Below are positions 16,861-26,665 of a stretch of DNA of 30,599 nucleotides, piece by piece. Position numbers and translations under genes: made by a program. The stretch comes from a virus. Its lineage: Duplodnaviria > Caudoviricetes. Positions within the stretch are counted from its first letter, which is position 1. Every line of letters starts with the position of its first letter. The stretch covers positions 1-30,599 of IMG/VR virus record IMGVR_UViG_3300028599_000015; one strand, 5' to 3'. Below the pieces are notes generated by a model. It saw only the letters and a list, made by a program, of their open reading frames with translations. It had not been told where the DNA came from and did no database searches.

Positions 16861-17259
16861 ATGGACTTAAAGAACTTAACACCGACCAGTGATACTGTAG
16901 ACGTTACTATCGTACACCCTTCTACACTGGAACCTCTGACTAACGATGATAAGACAGAGATGACAATTACTATGTATGCACCCCACTCTAAAGAGTACAA
17001 GAGTGTATTGCACCATCAAACTAATAAACGGCTTAAGCAAGCCCAAGGTAAAAAGAAGGTCGATATTACGGCTGAGAGTATTGAAGAGGCTACCCTAGAA
17101 GTGTTAGTCAAGGCAACTAAGTCTTGGAATATCACATACGATGGTAAGAAGCCTAAATGCTCAGAAGAAGCAGCCAAAGAGATTTACGAACAAGTGTTTT
17201 GGATCAAAGAGCAGCTTGAGGAGGCTGTAGCTGACTCACTGGATTTTACCAAGGGCTGA
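16861..17259 (+). CDS. Tail assembly chaperone (gpG-like)
   Basis: 132 aa between tail tube and TMP; AAGGA RBS; ends ...LDFTKG across a slippery site. Confidence 0.8.
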   Translation: MDLKNLTPTSDTVDVTIVHPSTLEPLTNDDKTEMTITMYAPHSKEYKSVLHHQTNKRLKQAQGKKKVDITAESIEEATLEVLVKATKSWNITYDGKKPKCSEEAAKEIYEQVFWIKEQLEEAVADSLDFTKG

Positions 17260-17597
17260 TTGATGACCTAGTTGAGTTTGCTGAATTTAACTTCAAACTT
17301 AATCAGCGTGATGAATCTGGAACCACCGAGAGAGAACACTTGGAACAAGTACAAAGGCAGACAGGATTAGAACTTAAAGAATTGGATGGACCCGACTTCC
17401 CAACTCTTGTGGCTCATATCTGGTCTGCCTTTATTTCATTAAGCAACTCAAGAACTGGTGGCTTTAGTGGCCCTAACCCGATAACATACGAACAAATAAA
17501 AGCATGGAAAGAACTAACTGACACGCCTATGACAGCTTGGGAAGTAGAAGCGGTTAAGAGGCTTGACGGAGTTTATATGAGGGTAAACAATGGCTGA
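17241..17597 (+). CDS. Tail assembly chaperone extension (gpT-like), probably reached by -1 frameshift
   Basis: -1 frame is open from 17235 through 17597; GGATTTT at 17241-17247; W..F..LS..R.GGFSGPNPITY motif. Confidence 0.75.
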   Translation, partial: GFYQGLIDDLVEFAEFNFKLNQRDESGTTEREHLEQVQRQTGLELKELDGPDFPTLVAHIWSAFISLSNSRTGGFSGPNPITYEQIKAWKELTDTPMTAWEVEAVKRLDGVYMRVNNG

Positions 17598-19968
17598 TGA
17601 TATTATAGCAATTAATATTGAAGTTAGGGGTAAGAAGTCTGTTATAGATGCAGAAAAAGCACTTAACACTATGCAGAAGCAACTCCTTAATGTAGCCATT
17701 GCACAAAATAAAGGCACATTAGCAGAAGGCTCTTTAAGAAAAGCTAGGGTAGAAAGCCAACGCGCCCTTATGAAAAAAGGGGTGACTCTAGGTCAAGCCA
17801 CTAAGGCAAGTTGGCAATACGTCAAAGCCTTGGAAGCAATGACCGCTGAACAGCTACAGTTTGCTAAGTCTCAACAAGCTGGTTCAAGGGGAATGAATAA
17901 GTTTGGTATGTATGCCCAACAAGTAGGTTATCAGGTTGGTGACTTCTTTGTACAGGTGCAGTCAGGTACTAGCGCACTTGTAGCTTTTGGTCAACAGGGT
18001 ACACAACTTGCTGGTCTACTTCCCGGTGTTTATGGGGCTGTTGTTGGTATTGGCCTGTCAATAGGTACTATGTTGTTAAAGAGTTTATATGATGCTTCTG
18101 GGGCCTCTAAGACCTTTAAAGAAAGAATAGATGACTCTATAGAGGCTATGGATAAGTTTAAAGAAGCTGTTACAGTTGCTACCCAATCTACTGCTGAGTT
18201 AATTAATAGTTTTGGTGTATGGGGTAATGTTGTAAGACCTTTACTTGAAGATATAACCAAGCTAGAGCAGCTTAAAGCCTTTAAAATGTTGAATCAACAG
18301 TTTGATAATCTTACGATAGCAAGTAAAAGTTTTGGTGATTATGCAAGAGAAGCAATGGGGGGTGCCAATCAAGCCGTACAAGTTATGGCAAAAAATTTAG
18401 GTCTTACAGTACAGCAGTATTATGAAATACAAAAACAAATTGCCAGCATAAGAGACTTAGAGACAAACGCAGAAAGAATAACTGCTGCTGCTAAAATTAG
18501 AGATACTCTAAAAGCTACCTTTGGTACTTTAGAAAACATGCCTGATAAGATGCGAGAGTTTTATAGGCAGCTTACTCTAACCGTACTTACAGGGGCTGAG
18601 TTAGAAGCTAGTATGGGTAAAACAGGAGATCAGTTAGAAGCTACTGTTGATAAAGTTCAAGACTTAAAAAGAAGCTACATAGAACTATACTTTGCTAACA
18701 GGCAAGCTGCTGCCGACCAAAAGAAAGCTGATCAAGATGCTATAAAAGCTATACAAGACGCTATATCTTTACGCAGAAAAGAACTTACGGATAAGGCCGC
18801 TATTTCTACACTTGAAGCTACTTATGGTAGTAAGTCAGAGCAGGTTGCCAAAAAGAAAGCTGAGTTAGCTAGGGATGCCTATGAAGAGTCACTTAAAGAA
18901 CAAGGAATATTAGGAAAGAACCTAAATTTAGAAATGGCTATCTATGATGGTCTTACTCTCTCTTACAACATAAACAAAAAGATTACTGAGGAAAAAGACA
19001 AGCAGTTAAAAGTTAGTGAAAAAATATCAGCTAGTCTTGTTAGCATGTCAGACGCAGAATATCAGATGTTATTGACATATCAAGCCTATGGACAAAGCAG
19101 AGTTGCAGGCGCTAAAGGTAAAGCCCCTAAAGCACCAAAAGGCACAAAACCAAAAACCATGGAAGGCCCAATCAAGGCTCTGGAAAGACAGATAGAGTTA
19201 AGTAAGGCTTTGTTTGGTTTAGAGGACCATGCACGTAGAAAAGAAGAAGTCTATATGCAACTTAAGTTCCAGAACCAAGACGCTGACATTCAGGCTAGTG
19301 AAAAGGAACTTCGTAGTCTAGCTGAGAGGGTTGCCCTAGAGGAACAACGAACTAAGGTACTTGAGGAACAGAATAAGGTAATAGAAGAGCAGAGGCAAGC
19401 ACAGGAAGCCTTGGCAGATAGTATTGCTGGTAGTATGGGCGATGCCTTCATGTCTATTGTTGATGGAACAATGTCAGTTAAAGATGCCTTTAAATCTATG
19501 GCTAGGGCTATCATAAAAGAGTTATACGAAGTTCTTGTCGTTCAACAACTCGTAGGAAGTGCTAAAGCGGGTAGTAGGTCTGGTATTGCGGGGGGTATTA
19601 TGGACTTCTTTGGAAGTGCTAATGGTAATGCTATGTACGGTGGCAACGTAATACCTTTCGCTAGTGGGGGTGTCGTAGGTTCTCCAACTACCTTCCCTAT
19701 GAGTGCAGGTCGTACAGGTCTCATGGGTGAAGCTGGCCCAGAAGCTATTATGCCACTCAAGCGTGGTGCCAATGGTAAGCTAGGGGTACAGGCAGAGGGT
19801 GGTGCTGGTGACGTTGTAATTCATCAGAACTTTAACTTTGCTGCTAATGGTGACGAGAGTGTTAAGAAACTCATTGCACAGGCTGCACCACAGATTGCTA
19901 ATATGACTAAGAGTTCTATCATTAGTGATCGTCGCCGTGGTGGACAAATGAAAGCAACCTTCGGGTAA
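17590..19968 (+). CDS. Tail tape measure protein
   Basis: 792 aa, helical; QQVGYQVGDFFVQVQSG...QQGTQL N-terminal motif; FASGGVV and GEAGPEAIMPL C-terminal motifs. Confidence 0.93.
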   Translation: MADDIIAINIEVRGKKSVIDAEKALNTMQKQLLNVAIAQNKGTLAEGSLRKARVESQRALMKKGVTLGQATKASWQYVKALEAMTAEQLQFAKSQQAGSRGMNKFGMYAQQVGYQVGDFFVQVQSGTSALVAFGQQGTQLAGLLPGVYGAVVGIGLSIGTMLLKSLYDASGASKTFKERIDDSIEAMDKFKEAVTVATQSTAELINSFGVWGNVVRPLLEDITKLEQLKAFKMLNQQFDNLTIASKSFGDYAREAMGGANQAVQVMAKNLGLTVQQYYEIQKQIASIRDLETNAERITAAAKIRDTLKATFGTLENMPDKMREFYRQLTLTVLTGAELEASMGKTGDQLEATVDKVQDLKRSYIELYFANRQAAADQKKADQDAIKAIQDAISLRRKELTDKAAISTLEATYGSKSEQVAKKKAELARDAYEESLKEQGILGKNLNLEMAIYDGLTLSYNINKKITEEKDKQLKVSEKISASLVSMSDAEYQMLLTYQAYGQSRVAGAKGKAPKAPKGTKPKTMEGPIKALERQIELSKALFGLEDHARRKEEVYMQLKFQNQDADIQASEKELRSLAERVALEEQRTKVLEEQNKVIEEQRQAQEALADSIAGSMGDAFMSIVDGTMSVKDAFKSMARAIIKELYEVLVVQQLVGSAKAGSRSGIAGGIMDFFGSANGNAMYGGNVIPFASGGVVGSPTTFPMSAGRTGLMGEAGPEAIMPLKRGANGKLGVQAEGGAGDVVIHQNFNFAANGDESVKKLIAQAAPQIANMTKSSIISDRRRGGQMKATFG

Positions 19969-19982
19969 AGGAAGTATAACAG

Positions 19983-20570
19983 ATGGCACTGACGTACCCA
20001 CTAAGTACACCAACTACTATCGGGATTGAAAGTATTGAGTTACGTGCAGTCAATGCTGTAGCTACCTCTCAGTCTCCCTTCACGTATAAACAACAGACTG
20101 TAGTACATGGTGGTCAAAGGTGGGAAGCCTCAGTTACTATACCATCAACAAGACGTGATCTAGCTGCTGAGTGGAAGGCTATGCTAGTAGGTCTTAAGGG
20201 CCAACAGGGTACATTCCTATTAGGTGATCCTGACTATGCTACACCAAGGGGTGACGTTAGTTCTTGTGTCGTAACTGGTACAATTGGTGCTGACTCTGCC
20301 ACTGTAGTTATGACAGGTACACTTAAGGCTGGTGACTACATTCAGCTAGGCTCCGCTGGTACTTCTAAACTTTATCAAGTGTTGTTAGACCAAACAGGTG
20401 ATGGTACAATACAGATATGGCCTTCACTTAGAAGTGCATACACAGGTTCCACAGCAGTGTTAAGTTCCCCTAAAGGGGTCTTTAGGTTAGCAGAAAATGT
20501 AACCTCTTGGTCAATAAATAATGCTTCCGCTTACGGTATATCGTTTGAAGCTGTGGAAGTTATTGTATAA
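19983..20570 (+). CDS. Distal tail protein
   Basis: 195 aa following TMP; SPFT...Q, W.ASVT and IWPSLR motifs. Confidence 0.75.
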   Translation: MALTYPLSTPTTIGIESIELRAVNAVATSQSPFTYKQQTVVHGGQRWEASVTIPSTRRDLAAEWKAMLVGLKGQQGTFLLGDPDYATPRGDVSSCVVTGTIGADSATVVMTGTLKAGDYIQLGSAGTSKLYQVLLDQTGDGTIQIWPSLRSAYTGSTAVLSSPKGVFRLAENVTSWSINNASAYGISFEAVEVIV

Positions 20571-20579
20571 GGAAATACT

Positions 20580-21146
20580 ATGTCCAACTATGGCTCAAGA
20601 GACCTGACAGCTACGACAGACACTAACATAAATGCAGACACGGTTTACCCTTTCTTTGCTGTTGAACTTATCTTTGACACTACTACTATTCGTATGTGGA
20701 CAGGACAAGGCACTCTTCCTATATCCCCTACAGTAACGTACACTGGTGTAGGTAGCATACTAAACATCTCAACCATTGAAGAGACCTCTGAGTTAGACGT
20801 AAAGGGTGCTAACATAACTCTTAGTGGGGTATCTGACCCAGCATTGTCCTTGGCTCTCAGTGAGCCTTATCAGGGCCGTGTAGCTAATATATACTTTGGT
20901 ACTACTAGCGCACCAACTGAACTAAACTCGATATTCTCAGGTTACATGGATCAGATGAATATATCTGAGTCTGCCGAAACAACAACCATAGAACTCCTAG
21001 TGGAAAACAAGCTGGTTGATCTTGAAAGGGCTAGGGTTGCTCGGTTTACATCTGGCTATCAGAAGTCTGTGTACCCTACAGATTTAGGCTTAGACTTTAT
21101 AGAAGATATGCAAGATAGAGATACATTGTGGGGTCGCCCCGGATGA
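20580..21146 (+). CDS. Tail tip/hub minor tail protein
   Basis: YTGVGSILNISTIEE, ITLSGV, FSGYMD and YPTDLGLDF...WG motifs; synteny. Confidence 0.7.
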   Translation: MSNYGSRDLTATTDTNINADTVYPFFAVELIFDTTTIRMWTGQGTLPISPTVTYTGVGSILNISTIEETSELDVKGANITLSGVSDPALSLALSEPYQGRVANIYFGTTSAPTELNSIFSGYMDQMNISESAETTTIELLVENKLVDLERARVARFTSGYQKSVYPTDLGLDFIEDMQDRDTLWGRPG

Positions 21147-21586
21147 TTAAGTATCAGCAAGAGTTTTTGTCCTACGCAGAGCAAGAGGTAACTCCCTTAG
21201 CTGAACTTGAGTGGGAAGAATCAGGCCACCCTACTGAAACCCTTGTTATAGACTGGGACTCTTATTTTGCCTTAGAGGAATCTGGAAGACTTAAGTTTTT
21301 CACTGTTAGAAAAGACGGACTGCTTATAGGCTATTTTGTTGTGATAATTACAAGTCCTCTTACAGCAAAGGGTGAGTTGGTTGGTAGCTATGATGCAGTG
21401 TACGTACATAAAGACTATAGGAAGTCTACCGTAGCTAGGCGTCTATTTAAGTTTGTAGAGGGTTGCATGAAAGAAGACGGTATATACAGGTTGATTGCAT
21501 CTTCCTCAAGTAAGAAACCCATTGGAAAGTTTTTAAGCCGACTAGGTTATAAAGAGGTAGAAACCAAGTACGAGAGGGTTTTATAG
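21143..21586 (+). CDS. GNAT-family acetyltransferase-like protein
   Basis: LIGYFV, acetyl-CoA motif A region VYVHKDYRKSTVARRL, FLSRLGY; ATGA overlap gives a start at 21143. Confidence 0.8.
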   Translation: MIKYQQEFLSYAEQEVTPLAELEWEESGHPTETLVIDWDSYFALEESGRLKFFTVRKDGLLIGYFVVIITSPLTAKGELVGSYDAVYVHKDYRKSTVARRLFKFVEGCMKEDGIYRLIASSSSKKPIGKFLSRLGYKEVETKYERVL

Positions 21587-21587
21587 T

Positions 21588-24500
21588 ATGGTAGTCTTTA
21601 GCCTGTACACTGCGATTTCTGTAGGGTTAGCTGTTAGTTCTGCGGGTGGACTCTTTATGGCTGGCTTTATGCAAGCGGGTGGCCTACAGATTCTTGGGAG
21701 GATGGCCCTTGGCCTAGCCCTAAACGCCCTTAGCCCCAAGCCTAAAGCATCTGGTGCTAATCGTGGTTATCAGGTAAACACAGGAGGTTCAGCACTAGAC
21801 CATCCGATTATCTATGGTAAGATGCGTGTTGGTGGGGCTATAGTATATGACGAGTCTACAGGGGCTAACAATAGACTCTTTCATCGTGTTATTGCTGTAG
21901 CTGGTCATGAAGTTGAATCATTTGATACGATATATATTAACGATGAAGTAGTAACCTTAGACATTAGTGGTAATGTAACCTCCCCAGCGAAGTACGTTAA
22001 GAATACTTTAAAAAGAGTTAGGCAGCTAAACTCTAGTGGTCACTATGAGTGGGTATATCAATCCTCAGTCACACACCTAGTCAGGTTTAAGTTTCATAAT
22101 GGGTCTCCAACTCAATCAGCAGACACTGACCTTATAGCAGAGTCCGAACATTGGACCTCAGAACACAAGCTGTCAGGTATAGCCTACATGTATGTGCGTC
22201 TTGAACACGATGCTGACGCCTTCCCCAATGGTATGCCCACTATTACAGCAGAAGTTAAAGGCAAGAAAGTCTATAATCCTGCCACTTCTACAACTGCATG
22301 GTCAGATAACCCAGCCCTGTGCTTACGAGACTACTTGACCTCAAGCTACGGTCTAAGTGAGAATGTGGCTAACATTGATGATACCCTTGTTAACACTGCT
22401 GCTACTGTGTGTGATACACTTGTAGGTAGCCCTGTGATTAAGATACAGGTAGGTGGTGAGTACAAGATTAAAACTGTGGGTAATACTGACTTTACATTAT
22501 ACGGGTCTGCCAACAATAACGTAGGGACTGTCTTTACAGCTACAGCAGTACCAGATGCAGATTCAGGAGACACAGGTGTTGTAGAGATTACTAGGTATAC
22601 TTGTAATGGCACTTTCACTACTGCACTAACACCATATGAATTACTAAGTGATCTATTAACTTGTATGGGTGGCTCATTGTGGTACTCTCAGGGTAAGTGG
22701 CGTATGAAACCTGCTTACTGGACAAGTACAGTTATGGACTTAGACGAGGATGATTTCCGTTCTAGTATAGATGTAAGCACAAGGCATTCACGCAGAGATA
22801 ACTTTAACACTGTCAAGGGTACTTTCCGAGGTCCAGAGTCTAACTTTCAGATCACTGACTACCCACAGATTACTAATTCAGCCTTCGTTAGTGCAGATAA
22901 TGGACAAGAGTCTGTTGCTGATGTGGACTTCCCCTTCACTGATAATAGTATAGAAGCAAGACGTATTGCTAGGATTAGCTTAGAGAGCAATCGACAACAA
23001 CTTACTATCAACGCAGCCTTTGGCCTTAGAACTTTAGGACTACAGGTTGGTGACAATGTAAGACTTACTAACACTAGGTTTGGTTGGACTAACAAAGAGT
23101 TTCAAGTGTTATCTTGGTCGTTTGGTCTTACAGACGGACTTGATCTACAAGTTAACATGACCCTAAGAGAAACTGCTGAATCTGTGTATGATGAGGTAGA
23201 CGATGGTGTAGTCTATGAAAGAGATAACACTACTTTGTTGTCACCTTTTGAAGTACCTAACCTTGGTATAAATATTAGTACTGAATTAAGGAAGGTCAAG
23301 GGTAAGACCCTTGGTGTTCTTTTGCTTGACATTAACAACACAGACAACACCCTAGATACAGCAGAGGTGCAGATTAGAAAGTCCTTAGTTGAGTTTAATG
23401 AAGCTGACTACACCTCTATAGCAACTATGGGTGCCTTTGTAGGTACAGAGAGGGTTGAGGTTGTTGCCATAGAGGAAACCCTTTACGATATAAGGGCTAG
23501 GGCTACTAACTCCCTTGGTGTACATGGTGAGTATAACACCATACTTAATTATGCTGTAGAAACACTGGGTGTACCTCCTGCTGATGTAACTAACTTTGAT
23601 GGTAACGTAGTTGGAAGTAACTTGTTCCTTAGTTGGACCCCTGTAGCTGACCTAGACTTAGCCCACTATATCATAAGGTACTCTTCTTTAACCAGTGGGG
23701 CAGTATACTCAGAAGCAGAGGATATAGCAGAAGTACAGGTAGGTAGTAGTACCCTTGCTTTACAAAACGCTGGTGTCGGAACTTACTTTATTAAGGCTGT
23801 AGATGATACAACAAGTGGGTCTAACGCCTCTGTAAACCCTGCTGTGTTTGTAGTTACCTCTATAGGGCTTGGAGACCTTAATGTTGTAGCTACACTAACG
23901 GAGAATCCCTCTTTTGCTGGTGTTAAGTCTAATGTGTCTAAAAATAGCAGCGGTTATTTAGAACTGGGAGGCTCCCTACTATTTGATGCTGCTACGGGTC
24001 TGTTTGATGATAGGGATGGTGAATTAGATGACTTCTCTGGGTATGTTTCCTCTGGGATATACTACTTTAGTAACACTCTTGACTTAGGTCAGAAATATAC
24101 TAGCAGGTTGTCTTTCTCTTTCACCAGCACAAGGCTTGATAATACAGACAGATTTGATAGTGCTACAGGGCTGTTTGATGCTAGGGGTGATGGTGTAGCC
24201 TTGTTTGACGGTGATCCTACTCAATACAGTGACACCTCGGTATCTATACAACTAAGACATACCGACGATGACCCTACTGGAACACCTACTTGGTCTGATT
24301 GGCAAGCATTCTCTGTATCTGACATAACAGCTAGGGCCTTTGAGTTTCGGCTATTACTGTCTTCCACCAACTCTAATGCTACCCCTGTCGTAAGTGCCTT
24401 ATCAGCTACAGTAGACATGCAGGATAGGACTACCTCTGGAAGTGATATAACTTTTACAGGAACAACTAATATTACCTTTGATGATGCCTTTGCAGTTACA

Positions 24501-24668
24501 CCAGCTATAGGACTATCCTTAGCTAACCTAACTAATGGTGACAGATACACAATAACAAACAAGACCCGAACTGGGTTCACTATTAACACTTTTACTGGGG
24601 GATCGGCAAGTACAAATAGTGTGACCCTAGACTATGTAGCTAAGGGCTACGGAAAGGAACTAACGTAA
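21588..24668 (+). CDS. Central tail fibre/tip attachment protein (lambda J-like)
   Basis: 1026 aa; PIIYGKMRVGG, KGKKVYNP, SDNPALCLRDYL, LQVGDNV motifs and FN3-like C-terminal half. Confidence 0.88.
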   Translation: MVVFSLYTAISVGLAVSSAGGLFMAGFMQAGGLQILGRMALGLALNALSPKPKASGANRGYQVNTGGSALDHPIIYGKMRVGGAIVYDESTGANNRLFHRVIAVAGHEVESFDTIYINDEVVTLDISGNVTSPAKYVKNTLKRVRQLNSSGHYEWVYQSSVTHLVRFKFHNGSPTQSADTDLIAESEHWTSEHKLSGIAYMYVRLEHDADAFPNGMPTITAEVKGKKVYNPATSTTAWSDNPALCLRDYLTSSYGLSENVANIDDTLVNTAATVCDTLVGSPVIKIQVGGEYKIKTVGNTDFTLYGSANNNVGTVFTATAVPDADSGDTGVVEITRYTCNGTFTTALTPYELLSDLLTCMGGSLWYSQGKWRMKPAYWTSTVMDLDEDDFRSSIDVSTRHSRRDNFNTVKGTFRGPESNFQITDYPQITNSAFVSADNGQESVADVDFPFTDNSIEARRIARISLESNRQQLTINAAFGLRTLGLQVGDNVRLTNTRFGWTNKEFQVLSWSFGLTDGLDLQVNMTLRETAESVYDEVDDGVVYERDNTTLLSPFEVPNLGINISTELRKVKGKTLGVLLLDINNTDNTLDTAEVQIRKSLVEFNEADYTSIATMGAFVGTERVEVVAIEETLYDIRARATNSLGVHGEYNTILNYAVETLGVPPADVTNFDGNVVGSNLFLSWTPVADLDLAHYIIRYSSLTSGAVYSEAEDIAEVQVGSSTLALQNAGVGTYFIKAVDDTTSGSNASVNPAVFVVTSIGLGDLNVVATLTENPSFAGVKSNVSKNSSGYLELGGSLLFDAATGLFDDRDGELDDFSGYVSSGIYYFSNTLDLGQKYTSRLSFSFTSTRLDNTDRFDSATGLFDARGDGVALFDGDPTQYSDTSVSIQLRHTDDDPTGTPTWSDWQAFSVSDITARAFEFRLLLSSTNSNATPVVSALSATVDMQDRTTSGSDITFTGTTNITFDDAFAVTPAIGLSLANLTNGDRYTITNKTRTGFTINTFTGGSASTNSVTLDYVAKGYGKELT

Positions 24669-25666
24669 TGACACAGTACTCTTTTGGCGCAGAGACTATA
24701 ACCAATTTGAGTTTTCCTGCTACTAGGACAGCCCTTAATGCTGCCATACAAGCACTAGCTTCTAATTCTAGTGGGGATGCTGACCCATCAGTGGCCGGGA
24801 CTACGGTTGCAAATCAGTGGTGGTATGAGACAGACACTAACATTCTTAAGATTAGGAATGAGGCTAACAATGGTTGGGTGGATGTTATTACCCTAGATGC
24901 CAGTATGACTGCTTCTGCCTCAGAACTTAATCAACTAGATGCTATTACTAGGGGTTCTATCCTTTATGGTAATGCCTCTGGTGCTACTGCTAGGCTTGCA
25001 AAGGGTGCTGCTGGAACAGTGTTAACTTCGGATGGTACTGACATATCTTGGGCCGCTGCTGGTGGTGGGGCCGATGTACAAACATTTACTAGCAGCGGAA
25101 CTTGGACTAAACCTTCCTCTGGAACAATGTGTCTTATTTATGCGTCGGGGGGTGGTGGTGGTGGTGGCGTTGTAACTTCCGTAACAAGCCAGACGGGGGG
25201 TATTGGGCCTTGGCTAAAGATGAAGGGTATCTTAGCCTCAAACATGCCATCTAGTGCTTCTGTAACCATTGGTGCTGGTGGGTCAGGATCAACCAGTTCG
25301 GGTACTGCGGGAAGTACCGGTGGGCTTACCTCGGTAGGAACTATTTTTCACGTTGTAGGTGGCACTGGTGGACCCTCTTACAATGGTACTTTTTTCAGCG
25401 GAACTGCGGCCTCTCTTACTGCCACTCAAGCGGCTAACAACATTGCGAATAGAATTTCTGCTGGCAGCACCAATAACGATGACAGGGCCACAGGTGGTCG
25501 TGGCGGTGCTACTCCTACAGATGGTAGCTATGGCTGGGGTGGAAAGGGCGGTGATGGGCAGGGCGGTGATGGCACTGGGCTTTGCGCTGGTGGAGCATGT
25601 AGCCTAGATACTGCAGGTAATGGCGGTGACGGCACTGGCGGTATAGTAACAATCATTACATTTTAA
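24668..25666 (+). CDS. Gly-rich tail fibre protein
   Basis: N-terminal R..LN.A..ALASN.SG anchor; GTVLTSDGTDISW repeat; FTSSGTWTKPS...GGGGGG glycine-rich domain. Confidence 0.8.
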   Translation: MTQYSFGAETITNLSFPATRTALNAAIQALASNSSGDADPSVAGTTVANQWWYETDTNILKIRNEANNGWVDVITLDASMTASASELNQLDAITRGSILYGNASGATARLAKGAAGTVLTSDGTDISWAAAGGGADVQTFTSSGTWTKPSSGTMCLIYASGGGGGGGVVTSVTSQTGGIGPWLKMKGILASNMPSSASVTIGAGGSGSTSSGTAGSTGGLTSVGTIFHVVGGTGGPSYNGTFFSGTAASLTATQAANNIANRISAGSTNNDDRATGGRGGATPTDGSYGWGGKGGDGQGGDGTGLCAGGACSLDTAGNGGDGTGGIVTIITF

Positions 25667-25676
25667 GGGGAACAAC

Positions 25677-26003
25677 ATGACTATTTATGCAGAAATAACT
25701 GATGGGGTCGTGTCCAACACAATTTTGTCTGACACTAAAAATGAAGTCTCTTGGGTTCTCTGTCCAAAGGGGGTTGGGATAGGGCATTTATATGATGGGA
25801 CAAATTTTAGTCCTCCTAACGTAATAGTAACAGAAGAACAAGTGCGTGAAGAACGTGACGATAAATTAGCTGAAACTGATTGGATGGCTAACAGTGATGT
25901 TACCATGTCTGACGATTGGGCTACTTACCGTCAATCATTGCGTGACGTACCCTCACAAGCTGGATTTCCTAATACAATCACATGGCCCACTAAACCATCT
26001 TAA
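25677..26003 (+). CDS. Tail fibre assembly chaperone
   Basis: VREERDDKLAETDW...WATYRQSLRDVP...WPTKP motif. Confidence 0.85.
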   Translation: MTIYAEITDGVVSNTILSDTKNEVSWVLCPKGVGIGHLYDGTNFSPPNVIVTEEQVREERDDKLAETDWMANSDVTMSDDWATYRQSLRDVPSQAGFPNTITWPTKPS

Positions 26004-26013
26004 GGAGCAACCA

Positions 26014-26394
26014 ATGGGATACAAACTAGGACTACGAAGTAAGCAGAACTTGTCTGGGGTGCATCCTGACATGGTTGCTGTTGTTGTAAGAGCATTAGAG
26101 ATTAGTGAAAAAGACTTTAGTGTAACTGAGGGTGTTCGTAACATTGAACGTCAGCGTATGCTTAAGAAGACAGGCAAGTCAACTACACTTAAGTCTCGTC
26201 ACCTGACAGGACATGCAGTAGATGTTGTACCTTATCCTGTGTCGTGGGAGTGGGATGAGTTCTACCCCATTGGTGATGCTATGAAGAAGGCAGCAGAGGA
26301 GTTAGACATTAAGATTGTTTGGGGTGGCGACTGGAAGAAGTTCCCGGATGGTCCTCATTTTCAGTTAGACTGGAAAGCCTACCCCTGTGACTAG
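26014..26394 (+). CDS. Endolysin, M15-family peptidase (L-Ala-D-Glu peptidase-like)
   Basis: SRHLTGHAVD and WGGDW...DGPHFQL zinc motifs; AAGGAG RBS before ATG 26014. Confidence 0.9.
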   Translation: MGYKLGLRSKQNLSGVHPDMVAVVVRALEISEKDFSVTEGVRNIERQRMLKKTGKSTTLKSRHLTGHAVDVVPYPVSWEWDEFYPIGDAMKKAAEELDIKIVWGGDWKKFPDGPHFQLDWKAYPCD

Positions 26395-26665
26395 GGGGGA
26401 TGAACTTTGGGTAATGAATAAAAATATATCGGCAAGTCTTATGTTTGCCTTGGTAGTACAAGCCGCAATGATAGTTTGGGCTATTTCACAGATGAGGGCA
26501 GACGTAGATGCCAACTACGCCTCTATAGTTAGAATAAGTGCCGATGTTAAGGCTGTTGAAACATCCTCAATTACTCAAGCCGTACAGTTAGGTAAGATAG
26601 AAGAAAACATAAAGGGAATTAAAGAGTCCCTTGAAAGGATGCTTGAGGTAATGGAGAGAGACTAA
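26387..26665 (+). CDS. Single-TM coiled-coil membrane protein (lysis-associated)
   Basis: Hydrophobic ISASLMFALVVQAAMIVWAI followed by a heptad-like tail; overlaps the endolysin stop. Confidence 0.6.
   Translation: MTRGDELWVMNKNISASLMFALVVQAAMIVWAISQMRADVDANYASIVRISADVKAVETSSITQAVQLGKIEENIKGIKESLERMLEVMERD

Noticed and set aside
25146-25168. GGT/GGG run as a phase-variable repeat
   Set aside because: Encodes the poly-Gly motif typical of glycine-rich tail fibre domains
25894-26013. N-terminal extension of the endolysin as a signal-anchor
   Set aside because: Overlaps the upstream chaperone gene; a strong AAGGAG RBS supports ATG 26014
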